Origin: Clostridia bacterium
Lineage (GTDB): Bacteria; Bacillota; Clostridia; Oscillospirales; CAG-272
NCBI GenBank assembly: GCA_017415325.1
Contig: JAFQGY010000247.1
Location: 2,018-66,017, forward strand
Length of the DNA stretch: 64,000 bases
Direction: 5' to 3'
Of this stretch, positions 17,131 through 28,000 are shown piece after piece; position 1 is the first letter of the stretch, and every line of letters starts with the position of its first letter. The notes beneath the pieces are model-generated. The model made no database searches, was not told the DNA's origin, and worked only from the letters and a program-made list of their open reading frames with translations. Both the position numbers and the translations under genes were made by a program.

Positions 17131-18540
17131 TTAAAGTTCACTTATAACTGTAGCAATATAATCTCCAAAGAATCTGTGTGTTCTTGTATATCCTGTTGCC
17201 TCAACTGTTACACCATCTATTTTGGAATATGTAACCACAAAATCTTTATTTGCACTTCGGTACAAGTAGGCTTCACCGCCATCAGCCCCTTTTTTGACCG
17301 CAACTGCATATGTTTCATATTGTTTTCCTTCATAGAAAAAACAATATAAATTTTCAACAACGTTTGTAAATTCCGATGCGGCGATATTTGATGAAGTTCT
17401 GTTCAGTATCAAAAGATATGGAGTTACTGTTTTATCCGACAATACAATTTGCAGGGTGTTTCCATCCGCTCCTGTGAATCTTTTCTCCTCAAATTTGTCT
17501 CCGCTTACAGCTTCCACTTTCAAGTTATCTTCCAAATATTTTCCTGCTGTAATGAAATATTGTGCTGTTTTACCGGGAGTGATTGCCATATTATCACCGT
17601 TATATTCACAATATACCGGGATTTCAAGACTGTTATTTGCCGTCTTCCCTCTTGCAAGATAACCGGATTTTGTTGCCGCCGAAGATGCCGATGCAAGTAA
17701 TTTTCTCTCTCCGCCTGTATTGGAGAAGTTTTTCGTTATTGCAATGGACGGTGCATCCACATCCGGCATACCTCCGGTTTTTCGCGATCCCCCCGCACGG
17801 AATGTCACACTCTCTCCGGAATCATTATATTGCCGTACATCAGAAGAGGTAGCATTGTCGTTTGTGCTGTCTTCGCCACCTCCGGATACAATCGTTTGTG
17901 GAACATTCACTTCAATATAAGCAGAGCTGTCATAATATGCACTGGATATAGATTTGAGACCGTTTGTGGTTACTGTGAATCGTTTGCCGGAACGAATTTC
18001 GATACCACCTTCTTCTACCGATCCCGCCGCTCCAACAAACTTACTCCCCTGCAGAACCTGTGCCGGTGTAGCATCTGCCCCGCTCACATCCGTATAGATA
18101 TCCGGTATGGGATCCAGAATCACCTTTGTGTAGACAATTCCGTCAGGAGAGGTATATTCCTGCTTCTTGAATGACGGAGTCAAAGACAGTGTGTCCGGCA
18201 CAATCTGCACCTTACCACCGCCCGTGTGATGTCCTTCTTCAATATCGTGTTCCGTATCGTTTCCATCCAGCGTTACTGTTTCATCAGCAATTTCCGGCAT
18301 CGAACCGTAATCCAGTTTCCCGGAAGAATCTATAAACTGCACCCGCTCCGACACATCTCCCCTTTGTGCCGTAACACCGGAAAGGTCAATATCACTCCCC
18401 CCGGAATGAATCGCCCGTATCCTGTCCGGAACATCCTGATGGTCAATCTTCTCCGAAGTCCCGTCCTTCTCCCGGATGGCATTGCAGGTATCTTCCATAA
18501 GCGCCTGCGGTGTAGGATATTTCAGTGTATCCATATCCAA
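17131..18540 (-). CDS. tail fibre / virion protein
   Basis: 469 aa. The N-terminal ...ALMEDTCNAIREKDGTSEKI...VPDRIRAI motif is seen in gut-phage fibre proteins (from memory). It is the first gene after a late-motif site. Confidence 0.55.
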   Translation of the reverse strand: MDMDTLKYPTPQALMEDTCNAIREKDGTSEKIDHQDVPDRIRAIHSGGSDIDLSGVTAQRGDVSERVQFIDSSGKLDYGSMPEIADETVTLDGNDTEHDIEEGHHTGGGKVQIVPDTLSLTPSFKKQEYTSPDGIVYTKVILDPIPDIYTDVSGADATPAQVLQGSKFVGAAGSVEEGGIEIRSGKRFTVTTNGLKSISSAYYDSSAYIEVNVPQTIVSGGGEDSTNDNATSSDVRQYNDSGESVTFRAGGSRKTGGMPDVDAPSIAITKNFSNTGGERKLLASASSAATKSGYLARGKTANNSLEIPVYCEYNGDNMAITPGKTAQYFITAGKYLEDNLKVEAVSGDKFEEKRFTGADGNTLQIVLSDKTVTPYLLILNRTSSNIAASEFTNVVENLYCFFYEGKQYETYAVAVKKGADGGEAYLYRSANKDFVVTYSKIDGVTVEATGYTRTHRFFGDYIATVISEL

Positions 18541-18584
18541 TACCTCCTTTTTTGTTCGTATATGTTAAGTATATATGAATACCA

Positions 18585-18605
18585 CCCCATAAAAGTGACA
18601 TCTTT
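18585..18605 (-). promoter_or_regulatory. conserved late motif, site 1
   Basis: Minus strand reads AAAGATGTCACTTTTATGGGG, 44 nt upstream of the ATG at 18540. It is followed by a block shared with site 2. Confidence 0.55.
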
Positions 18606-18743
18606 CCGGGAATATATAGGTTTTTTCGTCAAAAAAGAGAAATCCATATGCAGGTATTGCTTTATGCTGCGGTTGGTGGTATGATGATAATGTGAAGTTT
18701 ATTAAAAGGTTTTCAAGCAACAAACAAAACACAGAGGTATCCA

Positions 18744-18998
18744 ATGAAACACGATAAAGCAAAATCATTTTTCTATATCACAGCCGCTATATGCCTGCTT
18801 GTTTTTTCTCTTGTCTATGTTTATAACGAACTATATATTGCTAACAGATACATAAGAATCACGCAAAATGAAGATGATGTTGTCAGGGTTCGCATATTCG
18901 ATACATATACGAAGCAAATGCAGATATATCACACTGCATATGACGGTTCAGCATGGCAGTATTGGTACTATACAAAAGAACCAGAATATATCAATTGA
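18744..18998 (+). CDS. opposite-strand small membrane-anchored protein (moron)
   Basis: 84 aa with TM segment FFYITAAICLLVFSLVYVY. It is the only plus-strand gene inside the structural block and ends at a strong terminator. Confidence 0.5.
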   Translation: MKHDKAKSFFYITAAICLLVFSLVYVYNELYIANRYIRITQNEDDVVRVRIFDTYTKQMQIYHTAYDGSAWQYWYYTKEPEYIN

Positions 18999-19002
18999 TA
19001 AC

Positions 19003-19035
19003 AAAAAAAGACCAGCCACTCCCGACTGGTCTTTT
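19003..19035. terminator. bidirectional terminator (32-nt core identical to 45366-45397)
   Basis: A-run, AGACCAG, loop CCACTCCCGA, CTGGTCT, then a T-run. It sits between convergent stops at 18998 and 19042. Confidence 0.7.
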
Positions 19036-19041
19036 CTCATG

Positions 19042-22000
19042 TTACTTTATCTTGACACCGTCCCGTTCCATCAGTTTCCGGAACCACTGTTCCCGCATAT
19101 AGGAATTGATGTCATCCCGGATGGATTCCAGTGCCGCCGCTTTTTCTGTGGCAGTACCGTCCTCCTGCAGAATGGATGGGTAGTTCAGTTCAAACAGAAT
19201 GGCTGTTTCCGTGTAATATTCCAGCATATCTGCCGCCGTGAGTTCCACATAATAGGATTTGTTATTCTCCCGCTGTGTGATCTGATCCGGCGTAACAATA
19301 TACGGTGCAATGTCGGATACGGCAAATCCAGCAGCTTCCGCAATGGCAGCTACTTCTTCATCCATCTCAGATACCATTGTATCATTGACAGATTTCATGA
19401 ACGCATTGACAAGCCGTCTTGTCTCTCTGGAAGATTCCTCGTCCCCGTCAGCCTTGATAAACCTGTTGCACTTGCTGTATACATCGGCAATCTTTCCATA
19501 CTTATATGCACCGTATACGTCATAGAAATCATACCCGTTCCCTTTACCACGGAGTTTATAAGTCGCCGCTCTGGCATCATATCCTTCCTTTGTGTCGTAG
19601 AAATAGCTGATTTCGTCTGTAGAATAGGTGTTGTCCGTACGGAATGTGCTTGTAAATTCGTCGAGTGCCGTTTTCCCACCAGCAAGAAGTCCATCTTCTC
19701 CAATAGAGGTGAGGATGTTTCCGGCGTATTCAATGAACTGCCCGACAAATCCGGTTGTATCGTCCATGATGAACTGAATCCGCATAGGTGACTGGTTCAG
19801 CAGCGCACCGATGGACTTTGCCACAGCAGAAGTGTTCTCATTAAACTGTTCTTCCGGAATCAGATTCTGATATGCCGTAGAAACGATGGGCGCACCTGTG
19901 AAGGTTTCGTTCTTCGCCAGTGCGTAAGCTGTCCCGAAAATGGTCACATCTTCTACACTGTGCGGTGCCATCAGCACACCGGACAAATAGTCTGTGAATT
20001 CATAGAACGCTCTCGGGTTTTCATCATAGGCAAATTCTACAACTCTGTCAAGCATGGTGGACAGAAGCATGAAATCTTTCTGCTTCGGAATACGGATAAA
20101 CTTGCCATTTCCCTGTGGTATACACCAGTATGCATTCTTGATATACCCGGACAGCTTGTTGTATTCTTCCTCTTGATCTTCTCCGGTAATGGCAGAACCG
20201 ATAATCTTGAATGCCTGCTGTAGAATGGACATGGTAAGGTTCATGGTTATAAACTTTGCCCATGCCTGTTTTAAGGCTTTTGGGTCTTTATTTTTACCCA
20301 ACACTTCAAGCAGATGGTAGAAAGACTGCAGTGATGCGTTGAAATACGGAACAAAGGAGTCTATCTGCTTACCGATTTTCCCACGGCGGGAGAAGTTCAC
20401 AGTGACTTCTTGTTGTTCTCTCATTGCTTCCAGACAGTCCAGACCTGCTTTTTCCGCTCTTTTGAATTCGGCAAGTCTCTGTGCAGATTCCCCTATATCC
20501 ACCATTCTTGCAAAAGCATTCCAGATGCGGGTAGGTACATGCAGAATCCGTTCAATTGTGCTGTGAGGAACCATATCCCACTCCACACTGCGAAGGGTTT
20601 TCATATCCCTTGTCATGGAACCTTCGTATCCGCCGCCTGCATCCATGAATCTCTGATATGCTTCTGTGTTTCGGAATGTGTCACTGATTGCAACTATGAG
20701 ATCAGAGGTATATTTCACAGGATTTACGGTAGTTGTGGAACTTATATATCCAGATTGTGTATCACGAATGAAGTTGGTAAACGCAAAGAACGGGTTTGAA
20801 CCGGTTGTGAGAACCTTGAATCCTGCTGTTGTTTTTGAGAAAAAGGCAGAAACTACATTCATTTCCGGTGTGGAAAGGCTTGTCAGCGCATTCAGAATCG
20901 CCTTGTCATGGATTTCATAGAACTCAGGCTTCCCGTTTCTAATGACTGAAACGACATTCTTCCCCTGGAACTGTCTCGGCTTCCATGATTCCGCCACATT
21001 ACCCATAGCTTCCTGCACTTCGTCAAGCACATTCTGTCTCTCGGCATCGGTCAGATTTTCCAATGATTTGAAATCAAAGTTCTGCAGTTTCTGGTATGCA
21101 GGGAACAGCCCGATTATATCCTTGTACATGGACTGAGGAATCTTCTCCGCAAAGACACCCATGTTTTCGTTGGCGTCCACATAATCGAAGAAAGCCAGTG
21201 CAACATCGTTTCGCATAGCCGCTTTCACAACGTTTTCTGTCTGGATCATTCTGTTCTCGACAGGAGAATATATATCTCTGCCGGAACCCTTGAAAGCCTT
21301 GAAAACATTGTTCTGGTCGGTATACCGGGAACGAGCCTTTCCGCCGATCTTCGTTTTGTCATCCATCACACGATACAGAGGGGAATAATGCGGATATTTT
21401 TCTTTCCACTGCTTTATGGTTTCTTCCGAAATGATACCCGACTGTGCTGCTCTGGAAAGAAGAAGATCATCATACCGGAAAAGTTCCTGCGCCGCTTCAT
21501 GGAAACCGGGATATTTGGATTCCACTTCCCGGATTCTCTTTTCCACTGTAGCCTGTACACGGTCATCCCCGTATACTCTGCCCCCCATGGGTCTGCCGCT
21601 AGGATTTTTCTTTTCCTGCTTCATATGATCCAGTGCCGCAAGGTCTACAAGATAGCTGTCGAAAGCATTTCTGTTGGCAGGAGTAACCCCAAATTCTGAA
21701 AGTCTGCCGGTAATACCAGCCCCCAGCACTTCACCGTATTTGTCTGTTGCATTTCCGTTCAGCCATCCACGGATTACGCTGTTCGCCTGCCGTTCCCGCA
21801 TTGCCGTGTTGTAGGTGCTCCCGAAATGTTTCAGAGCATACAGATCATCGAATACATTTATCATGAATCCATCCCACAACTGTTTCCCGGTTTCTCCCAT
21901 GAAACCCTTGGGATCATACCGGGCTTCTTTCAAAGATACACCAAACTTGTGTAAAGGTGCGTTTTCCTGCGCTCTGTTGTGTACAGCCGCCTGCGCCCGT

Positions 22001-25000
22001 TTCCCGGTTTCGGAATCATAATAGGCGTTGGACATTTCCGAAAGCCTTTCAATGTTATCTGTATCTCCGCTGTCCAGAAGAGAGAAAGCAGCATCCGTAA
22101 ACTTCGGGAACTGTTTTCTTGTTTCTTCTGCGTTTTCCAGATAACTTCTGAAATATTCAGAAACCATTTCATAGGGCATTTGGAATTCTTCATATCCTTC
22201 CGCTTCCAGTGCTTCATAGAAAGCAGACCGCAGCTCCGAAACTTCCGGCAGACTGTGCAGATTGTATCTGTTGTCCAGTCTGTGACCGATTTCGTGTGCA
22301 ATGGTCAGGAAATCTCCCGCCTGTGCTACACGAATGGTATCTTCCTTTGTTTTATAAAGACCTGCCTTTCCGCCCGTCTTGCCGTAGTTTATGGGCAGAT
22401 GGAACATCTTTTCTGCGGTAATTTTCAAATCATCCAAAGAAGGAGGCGTGTCCGCTCTGTACTCTTTTCCTTCCCGGACAGTTTCTTTCGCACTCTTTCT
22501 CTTATAATATATATCTCCGTCGGAATCCTTGCCAATGGAACGGACTTTCAGAGTATCAATCATATCAGAAAGAATTGCAACACCCTTTTCCCCGGAAGGA
22601 ATGAAATACCGATTCTGGAACTGGATGTTTTCAGTAATCATATCCGGATATTTCTGTTTCAGCGCAAACAGATTACCGCCTGTTACCTCCATACGGTTTT
22701 CGCCGGATACCCGTCTGCGGGATACAGTGAGCGTACCACCGTACTGCCCGTTGAAAACAACAGTCTGTGCTTTCTTCATGACAGCATCGTATATTTCGTT
22801 TCCTGTATATACTTTGTTGTCCCCCTTTACATCGAAACTGCGAAGAACAGCATCAATCTGTTTCGGAGGAATAATTCTGCCAAGGTATTGTGACCCGTCT
22901 GCGGTTGTAATCCGTCTTGCCTTTGTGGTGCCGTCGCTGGGAAGTCTGTTCCATATGGGCAGAAGCGCACCTGTAATCATGTGTACTTCGTTTTCGTTGT
23001 ATTCCGGCACATCATGGACGGCTTCCTTCCATGCAGATTCCCATTCTTTTGCAGGAATCTTTTCGGTTTTGGCTTCCAGATTCCGTTCATTCATAGTATT
23101 GGATACAGCAGTATTGGGGCTTTGCAGCCTATACCGCTTGCTGACACGTCCGAAATTGTCCGTCTGGTCGGCAATACGGTACACAGCCCGAACCGAACCA
23201 TCTTCCATCCTGCGAATATCCACAAAGTTGGGACTGTATACTCTGGCATCTTCCACCGATTCTATCACAGAAGGCTTGTTGTATACCAGCGCACGGATGT
23301 ATTTGGTTTCTGCTCCTGTGCTTTCATCGGTATACACCGTTTCTTCCTGACCGATTTCGATTTTGTCTGCCTTTACGTTTTCCATACCCATGTCCAGTGT
23401 ACCGGCTTCAATGGCTGCATCGTAGTATGCCTGACGGATATTTTCAAAAGCCGTAAACACAGCATTCTGTTCTTCCACTTCAAGACCGAGAATCCGGTTA
23501 AGGAACTGAGGAATATCGGAAGCCACCGTTTCATTCAGTTTGAATCTGCCGTATTCATCATAGAACTTTTCGTACAGCCCCAACTTTTTCAAAGTGCTTT
23601 CCGGATCAATTCCCGATAGCTGACCATTCCCCATCTTTTTGTAAAATTCCCGCAGTGCTTCACTGGAAAGCGGAGATTCCAAGTTGTCCTTTTCGCCAAA
23701 CACACCAGAGCCTGTCTGTCTCTGTCCCTTTGTCAGTGCGCCGAGCTGGTCAAGCCGTCTTGCAATGGAAGTGACAAACCGCTTATGTCCCATTACATCG
23801 GTGGATACCAGTTTGAAAACAGGTGTATCAACCTGATTGGAACGGTGTGTTCTGCCAAATCCCTGCACTGCCTTGTCTGCCTGCCATCCGGGCTGCAGGA
23901 CATAATGAATTCGTTTCTGCTGGTTTTTGGCTCTCTTGTCTGCATGGTAGCTTCGTCCGGTAGACCCAGCAGAGGAAAACACAAGAATCCGTTTTTTGCC
24001 ATCCTGAAAGTCTCTTGTTTCCGCAATATTCGCTTTGGTGGAATTGCGTTTTTCGAGTTCCTTCCGGATATTGCCGTTTTCATCTTCTTTGTTTACGACA
24101 CGGGAACTTCTGCCGGTAATTTCCGCTACCTGATCTGCTCCGAAATGGTTGATAAGCATGTCCAGAGGCCCTTCCGGAATGCTGATTTCGTTGATCTGTG
24201 CAATCAGCGCATCTCGCATTTTTACAGCCTGTCTGTTCAGCACAGGATTTCCAGCGGAATCCACAACCGGTCGTGACTGTTTATTACCCTGTTCATCCAG
24301 ATATTCTTCATACTGCTGTACAGGAAATGCATTGTTCACATAACCGGTAATCAACTGACGGGGAGTAATGTCCAGATTGTCAAGATCGGTTTCACCCTTC
24401 GACTTGGATTCGCTTACAGCCGTATCCTGCGCAGATTCATTGGTATTCACAAGCTGGATAACACAGGAATGCCCTGCTTTCAGTTCTTTTTCAATGTCTT
24501 TAATCACAGAGGGCATTGCCATGGAAGAAAGAACCTGATTGTAGAACTGCTGCATATTCCCGTATATCTGCCCTCTGGCACGTTTCACCTGAGAACTGTT
24601 TGTGGAATCCGTAAGAACCATAGCTTTGTCAAAGTTTTGCAGAACCACCTGCCATCCCTTTGACATAGTGTCATACATATACCGCTGATCTTTTGAGAGT
24701 TTGTGCTGAAGCTGGTCATACACAACACCGTCGTAGGAAATGCTTCTTGCCAGATATACGCCCATGGCTTTCATGTCACGGGCCACCAGTTCCATAGCAG
24801 CTATACCGGCACGGCCAATCTTGGATATGAAATCTTCTTCGTTGACAAAGTTTGTTCCTTCTCCCCACAGGCCGAGGCGCTGTGCATACGCCAGATTTTC
24901 AATATTGGTAGCACCGGTGGCAGAAGCATACACAATTCTTGCATCCGGCACTTCTGCTTGGAATTTATTCCCCGCAATGGCTTTTTCTGAGGGCTTTCCA

Positions 25001-28000
25001 GTACCAAACTTCTTTTTAGTCGGTTTCAGATTTGCCATATTGTGTGCTTCGTCAAACACGATTACACCGTCAAATCCTTCTCCGAGCCAGTTTTTTATAG
25101 TATCCAGATGCTTTACGCCCTGTTTTCCGCCTTTGCTCTGTGTACCGCCTTTCAGAGTATCATATGTAACAAATATAATACCATCAGAAATACCGGAAAT
25201 GTTTTTCTTCACAGAATCCTTGGAATAATCAAAAACTTTTGCAGGGTCTCCGCCAAGGTCTGTCCAGTCTCTTACAGCATCTTCAAACAGCGTTTTCTTT
25301 TCAGAAACCCAAACAGCCTTGGTTCTACCCTGGTTGAAGTTGTCCAGAATGATCCCGGCAAGCTGTCTGCCTTTCCCAACCCCGGTACCGTCACCTATGA
25401 AATAACCCTTTCTTGCACCGTTCTTCAACACCTGTTCGTGCGCCTGTCCGGCATAAGAGATATTTTCAAGCTGTGCATCAGAAAGTGCGCCATCATCAAT
25501 AAGTTTCTGATCCAGTTTCGGTACATAATGCAGTTCCGGCGAAGAAACAGCAGACATAGCGGAAGATTCCACAAGCACTGCAGGGTGCTTCTTTGCCCCC
25601 TTCACAGTCAGCGCAGCAGGTCTGTATGTGGCATATACGCCATCATCTTGCTCTGCGGCTTTCTTGGTCTTCGGTTTCTTTACCAGATGGTCTGCATCAC
25701 TTCCCCCAGAGGGCCGTCCGCCAGATTCCATGCGTTCTCGAATTGCAGATTGTCCATTGCTTCCTCGAACTCCTGTTTTGCCGGTGCCGGGAGCGGATTC
25801 TCTTTCAGATACGTTTCCAGTTTCTCCCGAATCTCCCGGAACTGCGGTGTCCAGTATTCCTCGCCCAGATCGTTCTCCTCCTGCATCAGTTCCCGATACT
25901 GTATCGGACTGTTCTCCAGATACAGTGTCACTTCCAGAAGTCCGTCGTCTGCCGGAATCTGACCGCTCCATCCGTTTGTCAGTGCTTCCCTCGCTGTCTC
26001 TTTCAGATACTGCAGGAGCCACACCGACTTCGGGTCCGGTGTCATTCCCAGCAGTTCCATAATCCGCTTCACTTCCTGTCCCAGCGGTGTACTGTTGATC
26101 CGTTCTGTTTCTGTCATTTCTTACTCCTTTCAGAAGTTCCGGAATCTGTTTCAGATCATCGTAATTCCCGGTAATGGTTTCTCCCGTCTGCGCTCCTGTC
26201 TTGTCAATCACAAGCAACTGCACATCAAAGGTAGTTCCGTATTTCCGGTAGTTTTCTCCGTTAATCCCGATATTCGCCCGGATGCTGTAATTTTTCCGAA
26301 GTGTATCATACCAACCTCTAAAGGTAGGTGTATCGTTTGCCATTCCTTTTCCCACAATGGCAACCAGTCTGCCGCCCTCCTGCAGTCTTGCAAGAGCCTG
26401 TTCAATGTGCGGAATGGCGTTCTTTGTGGTGTTTTTGGTTCTCCCGCCAGTAGAGGAAAAGGGCGGATTCATCAGAACCACAGTAGGTGACACAGATTCC
26501 GGCAGAATGTTGTCAATCTGTTCTGCATTTTCCTGATAGAATCCATCAAAAGGCAGCTCTTTCAGCATGGCAAGACGGCTCTCGGAAAGTTCGTTGACAT
26601 ATACTGCTGCCCCATCCGCTTTTGCAAAGGAAGCCAGTCCGCCAATTCCGGCAGAAGGTTCCAGTACCGTGTCTGTACCATCAATATTTGCCACCCACGA
26701 TGCCAGATAAGCAATGTTCGGAGGGGTAGAGAACTGCTGCAGGTTGATCTGTTCCTCTGTCCGCTTTGTCTGTGTGGGAATCTTTGAGAGAATATCTTCA
26801 TCAATTTCCTTGATGGATTCCACAGCATCATTGGGATTGTTTGTGTTAAAATCCCCCTGATTTTTACCCACCAGATCAAGGATATACCGGTTTACACCCA
26901 GTTCCAGCGCATCTGTCATTGCCTTTACATCATATGCCCCCTCTGCCATGGTTCCGCCATACGAATCATTGGCAGCAGCCTGCAATTCCTGTGTGGTGAT
27001 ATTCCTGTGAGCAGTCAGACCATCCAGAACAAAATCAGAAATTTTTCCTGCAGGAGTAGTATTGGCATTCTCACCGCTTTCTTCTATACTGGTATCAGAA
27101 CGAACTGTCTCCGATTCCCGCAGTTCTTCTTTGGCTTCCTCTGTAACGGATTCAGAAGGTGTCCCGGCCGGAGGTTCCTTTGTTTCTGCTGTACTTTCCG
27201 CAACATAATCCGTGTCCGCAAATGCCGCAATATCCCCGATTCTAGATGCATCCGGTACTATGAATCCCTTTGCATACCGGGAATAATACCCGCCGACATC
27301 TTTCATGTAGTCTTTCAGTTTCTGGTATTCCTCACTGGAAAGTCGTCTTGTGGACTGGAACACATTCAGTTTCTTTCCGTCTCTGGTATCCGTGTGCAGG
27401 AAATGATGCAGACTGAATTCCTTTTCCATTGTACCACTTTCCGAAGTATTCTGCAAGGGTTCTGTGGTGTCATTGCCGCTGTTTTCATCCGGAATTGCAG
27501 CAGTTTTCTCAACAGTTTCAGTGGTTTTTGCAACATCTTCAGAAACCGGCGTATTCTGTTCCGTTTTCGGTGCAGTAAATATGGATTCCAGACCACGGCG
27601 AACTGCATTTCCGGATTCTTCAATCCCCTGCCAGTCAATAGAATCATGTTTCCGCCGCAGGAATTCTTCGATGGTTTCCCGGTTTTCCCGCAGTGTTTCA
27701 TCCACTTTTACCATAACTGCCCGTCCGATCTGTGCCTGTCTCTTTTCTTCCGGTGTCTGCGCTTCCCGGATTTCTTCATCCTTGTTCCGGATTTCCTCCA
27801 CCACGTAATCAATGGTGGCATCTACAGCGTTTTCGTCCGGTTCCAGCCCTTCTTCCACTACAGATACCAGTTCCGCCACGTTCTCCACAACATTGTCGGC
27901 AGCACCGTTGACAACACTATCCAGTGCTTCTGCCATGTCCGAGTTGTGGGTGATAATTTCTTCTCTGTGCGCTTCCAGTTCTTCACGAACATCAGAAACT

